Source: Octopus bimaculoides (taxonomy: Eukaryota). Taken from it: a stretch of DNA of 64,000 nucleotides. The position numbers and the translations under genes were made by a program. This document shows positions 11,815 through 24,668 of this stretch, one piece after another. Position 1 is the stretch's first letter. Each line of letters starts with the position of its first letter. The notes beneath the pieces were generated by a model. It was not told the DNA's origin. It searched no databases and saw only the letters and a list, made by a program, of their open reading frames with translations. Location of the stretch: contig NC_068981.1 of assembly GCF_001194135.2 (NCBI RefSeq), positions 92,925,248 to 92,989,247 of the forward strand. The letters are read 5' to 3'.

Positions 11815-11960
11815 TTGCCATCTCCTAAATTCCGCTCATAAAGCATCGATCATCCACCAAGCCAGGCCTAAAAAGAACACTGGTCAAAATGGCACAAATG
11901 CCGGTTAAGCTCAGGACGTCGTGATTCCATAGCATATTCCTTTACCACATGGTGTCACTT
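11815..11960 (-). mobile_element. Diverged SINE family A 5' fragment
   Basis: The reverse complement has a ...CATGTGGTAAAG... head and TTATGAGCGGAATTTAGGAGATGG, like the 63506 copy. Confidence 0.4.
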
Positions 11961-12790
11961 TGTTCGTTAACCTTGCTAAAACCATGAAAGCAAGAACAAA
12001 AATATAATTCTACGAAAGATGAATCTCTCCAAAAACAAAACTGTCCTTCTTTGTTTGCAATGGTGACAGTGTTGATGGAATTTTCAAACAATATTTTGTA
12101 AAAGCATTGTGATATTAATCTTCAGATTAATATCGCAATGTTAATCGCAATTTTCTTCCGACATTTCAGTTATGTAATACATAATTATTTATTGCGCATA
12201 CATAGTAAAACTTAGAAACCTTTTTGTAAATATTGATATATTTAACGTCTTATAAAATTAATATCATAAAAGTGTAGCAGAACATTTGATGACTCTGCGC
12301 ATTACAACTGTAGGTGTTATCTTCAAATTAAGTGACAAATCCAATACAGCATCGCAGATTTCATCTGTCACCAATATATTGATTACGTTTTAATATTGCA
12401 AGGGTTATGAAGAATAATAAATTGAAATGGTTGAACGGTCAATGTAAATTTCAAGGAGTTTACAACAATCTGTAGCGCGGTTACATCGTGTACATTATAA
12501 CAAATAATAACAGTTATAAAGTCATAAAATGTCAATTGTGCTTGTGAGCCATTCTTCCGGTAATAAAGCGAGGAATTGCTGGCACGAGAAACATCTAGGT
12601 CTCACATATAAAGGCAACATGTTTCTGGAAACGAGAAATCTCTTCCCTCTGCAAGCAAATATGTTCTGATGATGATTGTGATGACTTTGATGCTGCTGAT
12701 AACAGCGATGGTGACGATGACCTTGGTAATTTTGAAAATAATATTAATGATGATGATGACAACGACGACGACGACGTCGGCGACAACTAG

Positions 12791-12931
12791 GAGGAGGAGG
12801 AGGAGGAAGAAGAAGAAGAAGAAGAAGAAGAAGAAGAAGAAGAAGAAGAAGAAGAAGAAGAAGAAGAAGAAGAAGAAGAAGAAGAAGAAGAAGAAGAAGA
12901 AGAAGAAGAAGAAGAAGAAGAAGAAGAAGAA
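12791..12931. repeat. (GAG)n(GAA)n trinucleotide microsatellite
   Basis: Seen directly. Confidence 0.95.
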
Positions 12932-13569
12932 TTGTATCAATGAATCAGAAAATAATACAATCGACCTTCAATACGTGTTGTAAATGATAAAACCTTTAAG
13001 AAGAGAAACATGCAATTTATATGCAATATTTAATTGCGAATTGGCTTATTTTAATTTCCTTATAAGTGTGATCAATCTATAGAGGCTCTGTTCGTAAAGT
13101 TTGCAGATGTCAGTGGATTATTCAATCATTTCAATGCCTCATAGAACAATATCTTGCAACGGTTCATCTATATGGTGCTCTATCCTGAATATCAATGGTC
13201 ATCCTTCAAAGATATTACCATGTTGTAAAATAAGGAGAATTAATATTTACAGCTTATTGTTCAAACCACAATATATATGTGAAGCTAATAGGCCTTTCAA
13301 CTTAAATCGTTCCGTGAAATTTAAGTAGGTGATATATATATGTATATGTATATTACTTCAATATATTTTGAAATATATTTCTGTATGCAGCCTTAAAATA
13401 TTACCCCCAATACAGTCGATGGCAAATGGAATATCCAACCTACCGGATGAAATATAAACAGTGTATTTGATTTAGTTCATAAAATACCCTGGAATACATA
13501 TACCTACATTTATACACACACACACACATACACACACACACACACACGCACACACATATATATATATAT

Positions 13570-13990
13570 AGGTGTGGCTGTGTGGTAAGTAGCTTGCTCA
13601 CCAACCACATGCTTCCGAGTTCAGTCCCACTTCGTGGCACCTTGGGCAAGTGTTTTCTACTATAGCTTCGGGCCGACCAAAGCCTTGTGAGTGGATTTGG
13701 TAGACGGAAACTGAAAAGAAGCTCGTCGTATATATGTATATGTGTGTGTGTATGTATATGTATGTGTGTGTATATGTCTTGTCTGTGTTTGCCCCCCCCC
13801 CACACACACACACACAACATCGCTTAACAACCGATGCTGGTGTGTTTACGTCCCCGTAACATAGTGGTTCGCCAAAAAGAGACTGACAGAATAAGTAATA
13901 GGCTTACAAAGAATAAGTCCTGGGGTCGATTTGTTCGATTAAAGGCGGTGCTCCAGCATGGCCACAGACAAATAACTGAAACAAGTAAAA
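13570..13990 (+). mobile_element. Near full-length tRNA-derived SINE, family A
   Basis: GGCTGTGTGGTAAG head, GAGTTCAGTCCC B-box-like motif, CACCTTGGGCAAG, internal microsatellite, tail ...CAGCATGGCCACAG...GAAACAAGTAAAA. Confidence 0.85.
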
Positions 13991-14229
13991 NNNNNNNNNN
14001 NNNNNNNNNNNNNNNNNNNNNNNNNNNNNNNNNNNNNNNNNNNNNNNNNNNNNNNNNNNNNNNNNNNNNNNNNNNNNNNTATATATATACATACACATGG
14101 CAGAAGTAAATAGACACGCTTACAATCATTAAAATTTATTTTAATCTGAAATTATGCATTCAAATTATTTATTAATTATTATAATGTGAATATCTAATAA
14201 TTAGTAGACATGCCCTTTGCATTTTTGAA

Positions 14230-15160
14230 TGCAAGGATCCTATAAAGTATGCTACTGATCAGATGACAAATATTCTCTGAAAAGACCCGGTTTTAGGGAT
14301 GTTTTCTTGTTCTTTTTACGAAGTGTCCCGTTCATTATGTTCCAGAGGTGTTCAATAGGGTTCGTATCTAGTCACTGACTTGTCCATGAAAGTTTCTAAT
14401 GCGATTCTTTTCCAACAGCCGTGTGACAAGAAGCCCCACCTTCCATAAATAAATAGTTTTCTTTACTCATTTCCCCATTGGAGAAAAGTGGAAGGAGACC
14501 TTTCTGCATTATGGACATATTTACCTGAGTTTAAGGCTTCGTCACACTCTACCAGCTATGATTGAACATTGCTCCAAATAACTCCCCAAACAATCACAGA
14601 ATAGCTGCCTTGTTTGATTGTTGGCAGCAATCTCTTCATGTCAATTTCTTGATCAGTGTCTCCAGACCTACACTTCATCATTGTCAAAAAATACAGTAAT
14701 CTGAACTCAGAGAATATGACCGTGCCGCAAAATGCTAGTGGCCACTCCATCATCTCACTGGCTCAATATCCTCTCTGTTTGGTATTCGCTGGTTGAAGAA
14801 GTTGCTTTCTTCTTGCTGCTCTGCCATAGTAGCCAAGTTTATGAAGATACATGGCAGCTGTTCTCTGACTGACATCAACTTGTTCTCCTATGTCAGAGGC
14901 CTTGCAATGAGGATTATCTTCCACACGTAACAAAGCAAAGGGTTATATCAGAGGGCCCTGGCTGACCTGGGCAAGGGGATGTGGACTCCTTCCCCTCTCT
15001 GGTGAATTGCACAATCACCCTATTAACTGTAGAAATTGGTCTCAAAAGGTTTCCTGCGATTTTATGCTAAGTTCATTTTCAGATTTACCCACAACACGGC
15101 CTTTCTGAAATTTGGACAGTTCCGAGGCTTCTTTTGTACGTGGTATGATTAAACAGTAAA
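14230..15160 (-). mobile_element. Decayed Tc1-family DNA transposase
   Basis: The - strand reads PRTKEASELSKFQKGRVVG (HTH start), TVIFSEF and LLPTIKQGSYSVIVWGVI, resembling the Tc1 motifs VIFSDE and PTVKHGGGSVMVWG. Confidence 0.75.
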
Positions 15161-15849
15161 ATATAGAACCTGAAACGATACCTGACTCAGTACATTTTAT
15201 ACGCTCAAAGTGCAAAGAATTCGGAATATTGCTTCCTTACTATACTATTAGGTTTTCATTTATACACTCATTTTCCAATAATATATATTTCTATTACATA
15301 AACAACTATTAAATTTGCTATCATTTTCTTCTACTTGTCGTTTTAGAAAGGAAGTAAGTAATTACCGTTGCTATAACTTCAAATAAATAAAATAAATGAA
15401 TTTGAAAACTAAAATTATTTATTTTTCGAGATTTAATGACGTTATTATTTAAGTTCCAATGGGATTCATTTTTTCTGATGCAAAATATTTAATAGACATT
15501 TTAGATATCTTCGATTTTAGTTTATTTTTGTTATTACTCATTAAATCAGGTCTTTCTTCATGAATATCAATATTTCGGAACCACAGTTGTCTTACAACGT
15601 TGTTTCTATTGCTTTCATTTCTATTTGCCTAAGAAGTGTTATGAGAATGTGATTGAAATATGTGATGACATGATTCTCATTTAAAAACACGTTAACTTAT
15701 GAATAGCAACTCTTTCATTGAACTGGCTTGTATCGCAAATAGAACAAAGAAAATATAAGAAAATAAATAGAGTGAATTTATTAAGCATCAATTAAGAGTG
15801 GAACGATTTTTAACACTATAACCACTGTATCTAATCTTCTTGTATTGCA

Positions 15850-15925
15850 GGCTAGCAGAATCGTTAGTACGCCGGGCGAAATGCATGGCGGTATTTCGTC
15901 CGTCTTTACGCTCCAAATTTCAGGT
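15850..15925 (+). mobile_element. tRNA-derived SINE, family B (5' part)
   Basis: GCTAGCAGAATCGTTAGTACGCCGGGCGAAATGC...CGGTATTTCGTCCGTCTTTACG is shared with the copies at 34.3, 43.4, 49.3 and 60.8 kb. Confidence 0.7.
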
Positions 15926-16148
15926 TTTATGCCTGTAGTAGAAAGGCTTATTTCTTGTTCCAGGAACATTTTAAAATATAAAACTCGTTTAAATCCTTTC
16001 TGATCTCTATTTTAAATATATATTTCGTTTTAAAATGTGTACGTTTTATATATGTAATATCATCAGCCGTTGGGAAACATATAGCCTACATAGGGGAAAA
16101 AGTAACTAGACAAAAGTGGATGATTATAATATACGATTGTTTTCAAAG

Positions 16149-16305
16149 TTATCTTACCAACTCCTCTCAGCTGAGAGTAGCGAGACGCCAAGTCTACTAC
16201 GACAAATATCGCAAGACTGAAGTTAACATCAACAACACAAGAAGAATTAGAGTCGGTCAACAACTGAATGAAAGAAGTAAAATGGTAACAGCTACTGATG
16301 AATAA
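16149..16305 (+). CDS. Possible terminal coding exon
   Basis: Acceptor gattgttttcaaAG, then the phase-2 frame YLTNSSQLRVARRQVYYDKYRKTEVNINNTRRIRVGQQLNERSKMVTATDE*. Phase does not join the 11380-11423 exon directly. Confidence 0.3.
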
Positions 16306-16494
16306 ACCAGCACGTAATTGCCTACACAGTCTAAAAAAGAAGAAACTGTAAATATTTAATAGTTACACAGGGGAGAAAAGATAATGATTCAATGTATACT
16401 TTATGTGGTTTCAGGATGTTTTCCTCTGTAAAGTCTGTCGTCTTCATAAATGGTTTACTATGAAAAGGTAAAGCATATATATATATATATATAT

Positions 16495-16537
<43 letters not shown>

Positions 16538-16738
16538 NNNNNNNNNNNNNNNNNNNNNNNNNNNNNNNNNNNNNNNNNNNNNNNNNNNNNNNNNNNNNNN
16601 NNNNNNNNNNNNNNNNNNNNNNNNNNNNNNNNNNNNNNNNNNNNNNNNNNNNNNNNNNNNNNNNNNNNNNNNNNNNNNNNNNNNNNNNNNNNNNNNNNNN
16701 NNNNNNNNNNNNNNNNNNNNNNNNNNNNNNNNNNNNNN

Positions 16739-16781
<43 letters not shown>

Positions 16782-18859
16782 TACATATACATATATATAT
16801 ATACATACACACATACATATATAAATGTATATTTATATAGTATATATAAATATGCAAACGCACTCACACGCACGTATATGTATGTATATATTCATACATA
16901 CATTCATGCATAGATACATACACACACATGTATACATACATACATACATACATACAAACTTACATATATTTATATGTACATAAGCGAAAAACCAAACTGA
17001 CACACATGCTTATGCATGAATCTATGTATTCATAAGCACAACAGAATACTTAGAAATATGTATACGTGCTGACTAATTTTAAAATATACGCACCCACAGA
17101 CATTTCTACTGTATATACGAGTGAGTGCGTGTATGTGCTAGCACGCACGAGTGTGTGTAGACATGTACTGGTTGAGTGTATACAATTATGTAGAAAGATA
17201 AGGGAAGTTGAAAATAGCTGTCTGGGTGAGAAAGACATCCAGACACATACGTGTTCCACTTATTCCGTCTATTAAATAAGAATTTCACTATCAGAGTTAA
17301 ATTTTAACCATTCAGTTGAATTAGAAAAGTTCAGAGGAAATGTTTTTCTTTCTCTTTCTCTTTGACACCCTGTATCAAAACAGCAGGTGTACGTTAGACA
17401 CACAGATATACGTAACTATCACAAAGATAAAAAGATGTGTATGAATGATTCTGAAGGTATATCATGGTTGGCGTTTTTCTACCCTCTTTCCGTTCCGCGT
17501 GAGCGCTAGCGTGCGTGCGTGTGTGTATGCGTGTGCGAGTGTATATATATATATGTGTGTGTGTGTGTTTATGTGTGTACGTATAAGTGTGAAATTTTGT
17601 GAATGTGTCTGTCTTTCGATTACACTTAACAGAGACATGAAGTGACAATACATTTTTGTAATAAATAGACAATCCGTTCTGAGGCATAATAGAAATTATT
17701 ACCCTGGATATAATGGAAATCTAAAGCCAATAGCACCATTGTAAATTCTGAATTGCATATATCTTGTTGAATGACCCAGTGAAAATTTAATATTAAGTTA
17801 TTAGTATCTTGTTTTTCAGGTGAAAGGAGGTTTCTAGTTGCGTGAAATACCCCTCGTTTGTCAATATTACTCGATATTACTATAAAATCGTTGTTGACCT
17901 GTGTAATATTCAATCGATATTGCGTCATCATCTTATCGTGTTTTTTTTTTTTTTGGCGCAACCAGTAACTATTATACTCAAAGTAAATCTATCAAAAAGA
18001 TTTTTCTATCTAATCTATCAATTATAGCTCTTCTTGTCTTCTTCGCAGAGCGGTATGATAAAACTGTATAGCTACAAATACAATCCACCAGTACGTACGT
18101 TCGTACACCCAGTTATCGTTTCAGCGCGATGTTTGAGAGAGGGGAAATAATTATAATGTTAGCATCAATGGTAAATAATTTGAAATAGGATTCGACAGTA
18201 TTTCATTTTGAGCATCTAGTATTTTTTACATATTTTACATCAAGGAATATATGAACCGTTTGAATTGAGTATAAATCTACTGTTATTTCGTAAAATCTGA
18301 AACATCGTGTAGACTCTTATCGCTATCCCGTCCCAGTGTTATTGTACTGGTCCAGTTGCTGAAGAACCATTTGATTTTGTGTCCGTGTATCGATAATAGA
18401 TGCGATGTGTATTATTCCAGAAAAAAATCGCCACCTTCTATCTTACGGAATCATTTACACGATATTTAAATACTTTGATCATGGACAACTTTATTAATGC
18501 ATGAAACATTAAATTATCTTAATACTGCATTCTTTTGTTTAGTAATTCTGGCGTTTCATCAAGTTCGAAAGAATCTAACCGGAACTTTGATCGATGTAAA
18601 ATTTCAAGATACTAAACGTTGTATTCCTTGCATATTCTGCTTGAGTTGAAAAGTGAATGGTAATATAGTTTACATATGTCCACTGATTGATGACATCAGC
18701 GGGAACTGGTGCTCATTTTGAATGCTTCTATGTTGATACAAGAAGAAAAAATGCTTTCATAGGAAAGATATTTAGGTGGAATAATTCTATTGAATAGAGG
18801 TTGGAAAGCCGTTCAAATTAGTTTCTGGTGACAAATGCAAGGTATAATTTGTGGCATGA

Positions 18860-19050
18860 TTCATTGATAGAAGGGGAGAGATTGTGAGAGAGAAAATGCC
18901 AGTACATGAGATCGTAGTATTTTTATGGGAGACTCTTGGAGAAACTGCTCGATTGCCACTTTGAACATGTTGCTTGGAATGGGGTATGCAAGACTTGTGG
19001 AATGTTTATACCGAAGATATATGAAATGGTTATATATAGTATTTTTTCTT
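18860..19050 (-). mobile_element. Possible CR1/L2-type LINE 3' end remnant
   Basis: FKVAIEQFLQESP resembles the FK..LD.FL..IP C-terminal motif, from memory. Confidence 0.3.
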
Positions 19051-20217
19051 ACATCTAGGATGCACAATTAACTTATTCGGGTGCGGTAGTAATAAAAGCT
19101 TCTACGAAAATTACTGAACTAGTTGAAAACTATTGCTTTTCATTCGTTGTGCATGAGTAACGAATGTTTAGCTTTACACGACTTTTCTTTAACATAAAGA
19201 AAGAGAAAGAATGAGTGTATAAGAGATAGAGAACGAGAAAGACAGAGAAACAGAGAGAACTAGAAGAGGAGAAAGAGTTCATTGGTGTAGGGTAGTAGCC
19301 AAGATCTGTTTCCAGAAAAATTGTTTCGGTAGTCATTAATCGATAAGTTTCTATGTGTATAATTTCTTGTAAATGAAACGGTCTGTTGATTGTTACCGTA
19401 AGTTAGAGCAAATACTGGCAGATATATTGAAATACGAATCTCTATATATACACATTTAAAGTAATATTTAAAATTAAATTCCCAACGAAGTATTTCAACA
19501 AGCGTGAAACATTTTTATATTAGTCAAGTTTTTTTTTTTTTTAAGTACAAAATGGAAACTGCATATTCAGCGGTCTCATCAACTTTCCAATATTTCTTAT
19601 ATAAATTCCTACATGGATCAATGTATTAATGCACCTCACTTGTTCACTTTAAAATTTATCTATGGATTATATATTCTACAGTAATAACACCATCTTGTTT
19701 CGACGTTAATGTTGCTTCTGAGCTCGATCTCGCAAACCCGCAATCGAAAAGTGTATTCTAACACAACCTCTGTTTCCCCACAAATACTGAGATCATTATA
19801 GTTGATAGTGATTCTCTAATATGAACTTAATGTTTGATACTTATCAAATGAAAACAAATGTTAGAGAATTCCATGTTAAATCCGGTGAGTTGGGTACGCT
19901 GGATCTAGAATAGTTATAACATATGTGAAGATAACATGAAATATCAGAAGAGATGATACAAAGTATATACAAAGTGAATTTAAGGGGGAAAAAGAGTTGA
20001 TGAAGAGTATGATAGCATGTAGTGTATTGTTTGAAAAGAATATGGAAACGTCCGTTTAGCTCTGAAATATTTCCGAAAGAATAATTAAAATGAATGTACG
20101 TTTTTTGTTGCATTGTTAACATTGAGGTTAGCAAGGTTTCCATAGATTTTAAAAATCTTCTTTTCAAGGTATGTATGTGTGTGTGCGCGCGCGATGTGTG
20201 TGTGTAGGTATTTATAT

Positions 20218-20231
20218 AGATAGATAGATAA

Positions 20232-20315
<84 letters not shown>
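20218..20315. repeat. (GATA)n microsatellite
   Basis: Seen directly. Confidence 0.95.
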
Positions 20316-20355
20316 AGATATATGTATGTGTATTATCAATGTGTATATATATATT

Positions 20356-20386
<31 letters not shown>

Positions 20387-22500
20387 ACATGTGTGTGTAT
20401 TATAAATGTACATATATACGTACATACATACTTTACATAAAAATGAATGACAATTATTGCTTATAAGAAATAATTGGACTAATTCTAGTAAGGAAGTTGT
20501 CTTGATTCCTGGAACAGTTTTTATGTAGTAGGAACCATTTTGTTTGATTTAGAAGATAGATACATACTAGATCTATCGAAGAAAACATTTCGTTAGAGTA
20601 AGTGTTAATTATCATCTTAGGTTGGCAACGATTTATACTAGCCTCAGTTTATAAACCAGCTGTTAAATATAATCAGAAACAAAGTCCAACTTTGTATTAT
20701 AAAACTCAAAGAGGCATATTTTTCTTAAACGTGTGAAAGCAGATTTTTTACAATTACAAGATAGGTATTGATGTTCTAGGCTTGTTTAGTAGCTCTTCTG
20801 ATTAGCATTCCATTCGGATTTCGGTATCGATTACTGTTGATGAATCGTTGCTAAATTTCAATTAACTTTGACTTCATTTGAAATATTACAAACAAAGTTT
20901 ACACGAACAAAAGCTTGTTTAAACTGCAGTATAAAACCATGTAAAAGGCTTCAACATACAACACTATGCAGATCAGTACGCCCTCTCATTGTATTTCCGG
21001 ATAATTATGAATTTCGATATTGATTTTCGTTTAGTATGAAACCCAAGCTTTTAACAGATTAAACACTTTTGTCTATGAATAAAACTAAGTGCATTTATCT
21101 TTATTAACATGAACCCTTTTACCCAGGCATTTCAAATTATTTAACATGCATATTAACCGTCGAGTAATTATTTCAACCCACGCAAACATCGGCATTTGAT
21201 GAACTTCCTACGTAGAAGCACCACTTGGATGCATTTCTAATTATATCGAATACTCAAAACTGGTTGGGAATATGACCAGGTCCAAAAGTCTTCTATATGT
21301 TTATACTAGGCTGATCATATGTCAGTGAAATCACATTCATAAATATATACATAGTTTATTGATATCCCAGAGTTCATGAATGAATTATCAACATACTCAA
21401 TTCTCATCCGCAATTGCGTTTATATATATCATGTATGTATATATATACATACACATACACACACACAGACACTCACGCACACACACACACTCATATATAT
21501 ATATATATATANNNNNNNNNNNNNNNNNNNNNNNNNNNNNNNNNNNNNNNNNNNNNNNNNNNNNNNNNNNNNNNNNNNNNNNNNNNNNNNNNNNNNNNNN
21601 NNNNNNNNNNNNNNNNNNNNNNNNNNNNNNNNNNNNNNNNNNNNNNNNNNNNNNNNNNNNNNNNNNNNNNNNNNNNNNNNNNNNNNNNNNNNNNNNNNNN
21701 NNNNNNNNNNNNNNNNNNNNNNNNNNNNNNNNNNNNNNNNNNNNNNNNNNNNNNNNNNNNNNNNNNNNNNNNNNNNNNNNNNNNNNNNNNNNNNNNNNNN
21801 NNNNNNNNNNNNNNNNNNNNNNNNNNNNNNNNNNNNNNNNNNNNNNNNNNNNNNNNNNNNNNNNNNNNNNNNNNNNNNNNNNNNNNNNNNNNNNNNNNNN
21901 NNNNNNNNNNNNNNNNNNNNNNNNNNNNNNNNNNNNNNNNNNNNNNNNNNNNNNNNNNNNNNNNNNNNNNNNNNNNNNNNNNNNNNNNNNNNNNNNNNNN
22001 NNNNNNNNNNNNNNNNNNNNNNNNNNNNNNNNNNNNNNNNNNNNNNNNNNNNNNNNNNNNNNNNNNNNNNNNNNNNNNNNNNNNNNNNNNNNNNNNNNNN
22101 NNNNNNNNNNNNNNNNNNNNNNNNNNNNNNNNNNNNNNNNNNNNNNNNNNNNNNNNNNNNNNNNNNNNNNNNNNNNNNNNNNNNNNNNNNNNNNNNNNNN
22201 NNNNNNNNNNNNNNNNNNNNNNNNNNNNNNNNNNNNNNNNNNNNNNNNNNNNNNNNNNNNNNNNNNNNNNNNNNNNNNNNNNNNNNNNNNNNNNNNNNNN
22301 NNNNNNNNNNNNNNNNNNNNNNNNNNNNNNNNNNNNNNNNNNNNNNNNNNNNNNNNNNNNNNNNNNNNNNNNNNNNNNNNNNNNNNNNNNNNNNNATATA
22401 TATATATATATATATGATACAAATGATATATGAGCATATGCATGTATACATACATATATGTACATTCCTACATCTACATGTATATATAGATGCATATCCG

Positions 22501-23065
22501 GGTACAGAACGTCAGAAAAATGAACGGGAACATAAAGCACAAAAACGGACTTTGTTTACAGACAACAGAACGAACACATAGGAAAACAGAGGAGCCACTT
22601 ATGGAATTTTTCCTTCATCAGCTGCCTGTATTCTAAACTAGGCGTTTCGAGGATGAGGACGAACGCGCTCTCAGAATAGCTCTTCCTGAGTAGTGGATTA
22701 ACCCACTAAACAGAAGATTCCAATGTAGCAAACACAAACCCAGACAGGAAAAATTAGACAGTGAAAACAACATTAAAGGCCGCAGGGTCAAACGCGATGA
22801 GTTATTGAACGCTGTGATATGACGAAGCTGAACGGAGAGATAGTAGTTTCGTCTTGCCTTTCTGCTAGCTGGGGTGAGAAAGGAAGAAGTCTCCACGGGT
22901 CACATGTGATCAACGAAGAGTGGTACAGGGAGGAAAAGGGAAGAAGTGGAACAAAGGTGAGCGACGAGGAAGAGGGAGGATGGGTAAGAGAGAGATATGT
23001 ATAGCAGTGAAGGGAAGAAGCAAGGACAACAGAAGGAAGCAGAACGGGAGAGGGAGGTAGGTAAG

Positions 23066-23128
<63 letters not shown>

Positions 23129-23137
23129 GTAGATAGG

Positions 23138-23198
<61 letters not shown>

Positions 23199-23275
23199 CA
23201 CAGCGTTCAATAACTCATCGCGTTTGGCCCTACGGCCTTTTAATGTTGTTTTCACTGTCTAATTTTTCCTCTCTG
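22501..23275 (-). mobile_element. Probable PLE-type 3' region (- strand) with an inverted 78-bp partial copy joined through (GATA)n
   Basis: 22741-22818 is the reverse complement of 23197-23275. The - strand carries degenerate HHR-like motifs (CTCGAAACGCC; CTGATGAAGG). Confidence 0.55.
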
Positions 23276-23320
23276 AATCTATTTTGAGGGTAATGTAAAA
23301 TATTATTATTATTATTATCA

Positions 23321-23398
<78 letters not shown>

Positions 23399-23723
23399 NN
23401 NNNNNNNNNNNNNNNNNNNNNNNNNNNNNNNNNNNNNNNNNNNNNNNNNNNNNNNNNNNNNNNNNNNNNNNNNNNNNNNNNNNNNNNNNNNNNNNNNNNN
23501 NNNNNNNNNNNNNNNNNNNNNNNNNNNNNNNNNNNNNNNNNNNNNNNNNNNNNNNNNNNNNNNNNNNNNNNNNNNNNNNNNNNNNNNNNNNNNNNNNNNN
23601 NNNNNNNNNNNNNNNNNNNNNNNNNNNNNNNNNNNNNNNNNNNNNNNNNNNNNNNNNNNNNNNNNNNNNNNNNNNNNNNNNNNNNNNNNNNNNNNNNNNN
23701 NNNNNNNNNNNNNNNNNNNNNNN

Positions 23724-23757
<34 letters not shown>

Positions 23758-23759
23758 GC

Positions 23760-24668
23760 GTATAAAGATTTATACATTATACACAGTGTGAAGACCCTTC
23801 ACACGAACTTTTACATGCTGAAAAGGACAGTTAAACGCAAACGGCGAAATAAATAATTCTTAAACCACTCTGTTAATGGCACTCGTCTGAACAAAATAAT
23901 AAAATAGTTAATCCCATACTCGAGTTCCGAACTTAATGGTCAAATAAATCAAGTTAGCTTTCGTAGCTCATAAGTAGGATCGTATAGAATGCATAATCAT
24001 GTAGCTTTAATGCGTACCGAAAACTCGAGCGCAAGACAGCTCCATCTTTATAGACAACGGATTCAAATTTAGTGCGTAGCGTAGTCAGATAGTCCAGCAG
24101 TAAGTACATTTAAACTGTGTACTATATGGCCTCGGAGTTGGAAATTTTACTGTGTAAATTATTAGGGTAAATGAATTAAAATGATTTATTACCAGTGGTT
24201 CGCATGCTTAATAAAAGTCATAAGACATAACATAATATGTAGGAGTGTATAAAGATTTATATAGGAGAGAAGAACCCTACATGCTAAAAAAGGGCAGTTA
24301 AACCCAAATGACGAAATAAATAATTCTTAAGGTACGCTGTAATTGGCTCTATAGTGAAGAAAATAAAAATGATTTTACCCTCATAATTTACACACTAAAA
24401 TTTTCAAATTCTGAGGCCATATAGTACACAGTTTAAATTTATTTACTGCTGGACTGACTAGCTGACAACGCTAGCGCACTAAATTTGAATCCATAAGGTA
24501 TAAAGATAGAGCTGTCTTGCGTATGTGTTTTCGGTACGTATTAAAGCTACATTATTATGCATTCTTTTGCGATTCCACTGATGAACTAACTACAGATGCC
24601 TAATTAATCCATTTGGCCATTAATAGCGAAGCTCGAGTATGGAATTTCGCTATTTTTTTATTTTGTTC
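23760..24668. repeat. Nested direct (A) and inverted (B) repeats: A1 23760-23883, B1 23889-24171, A2 24247-24350, B2 (inverted) 24374-24668
   Basis: AAACTGTGTACTATATGGCCTC vs GAGGCCATATAGTACACAGTTT and GGATTCAAATTTAGTGCG vs CGCACTAAATTTGAATCC. CGAAATAAATAATTCTTAA occurs in both A copies. Confidence 0.9.

Noticed and set aside
12602-12983. Poly-K and poly-F ORFs
   Set aside because: Alternative frames of the (GAA)n repeat.
21376-22581. Long ORFs of 250-400 aa here and at 40.1-41.2, 45.1-46.1 and 58.2-59.2 kb
   Set aside because: They consist of N gaps (X) and TA/CA microsatellite translations.
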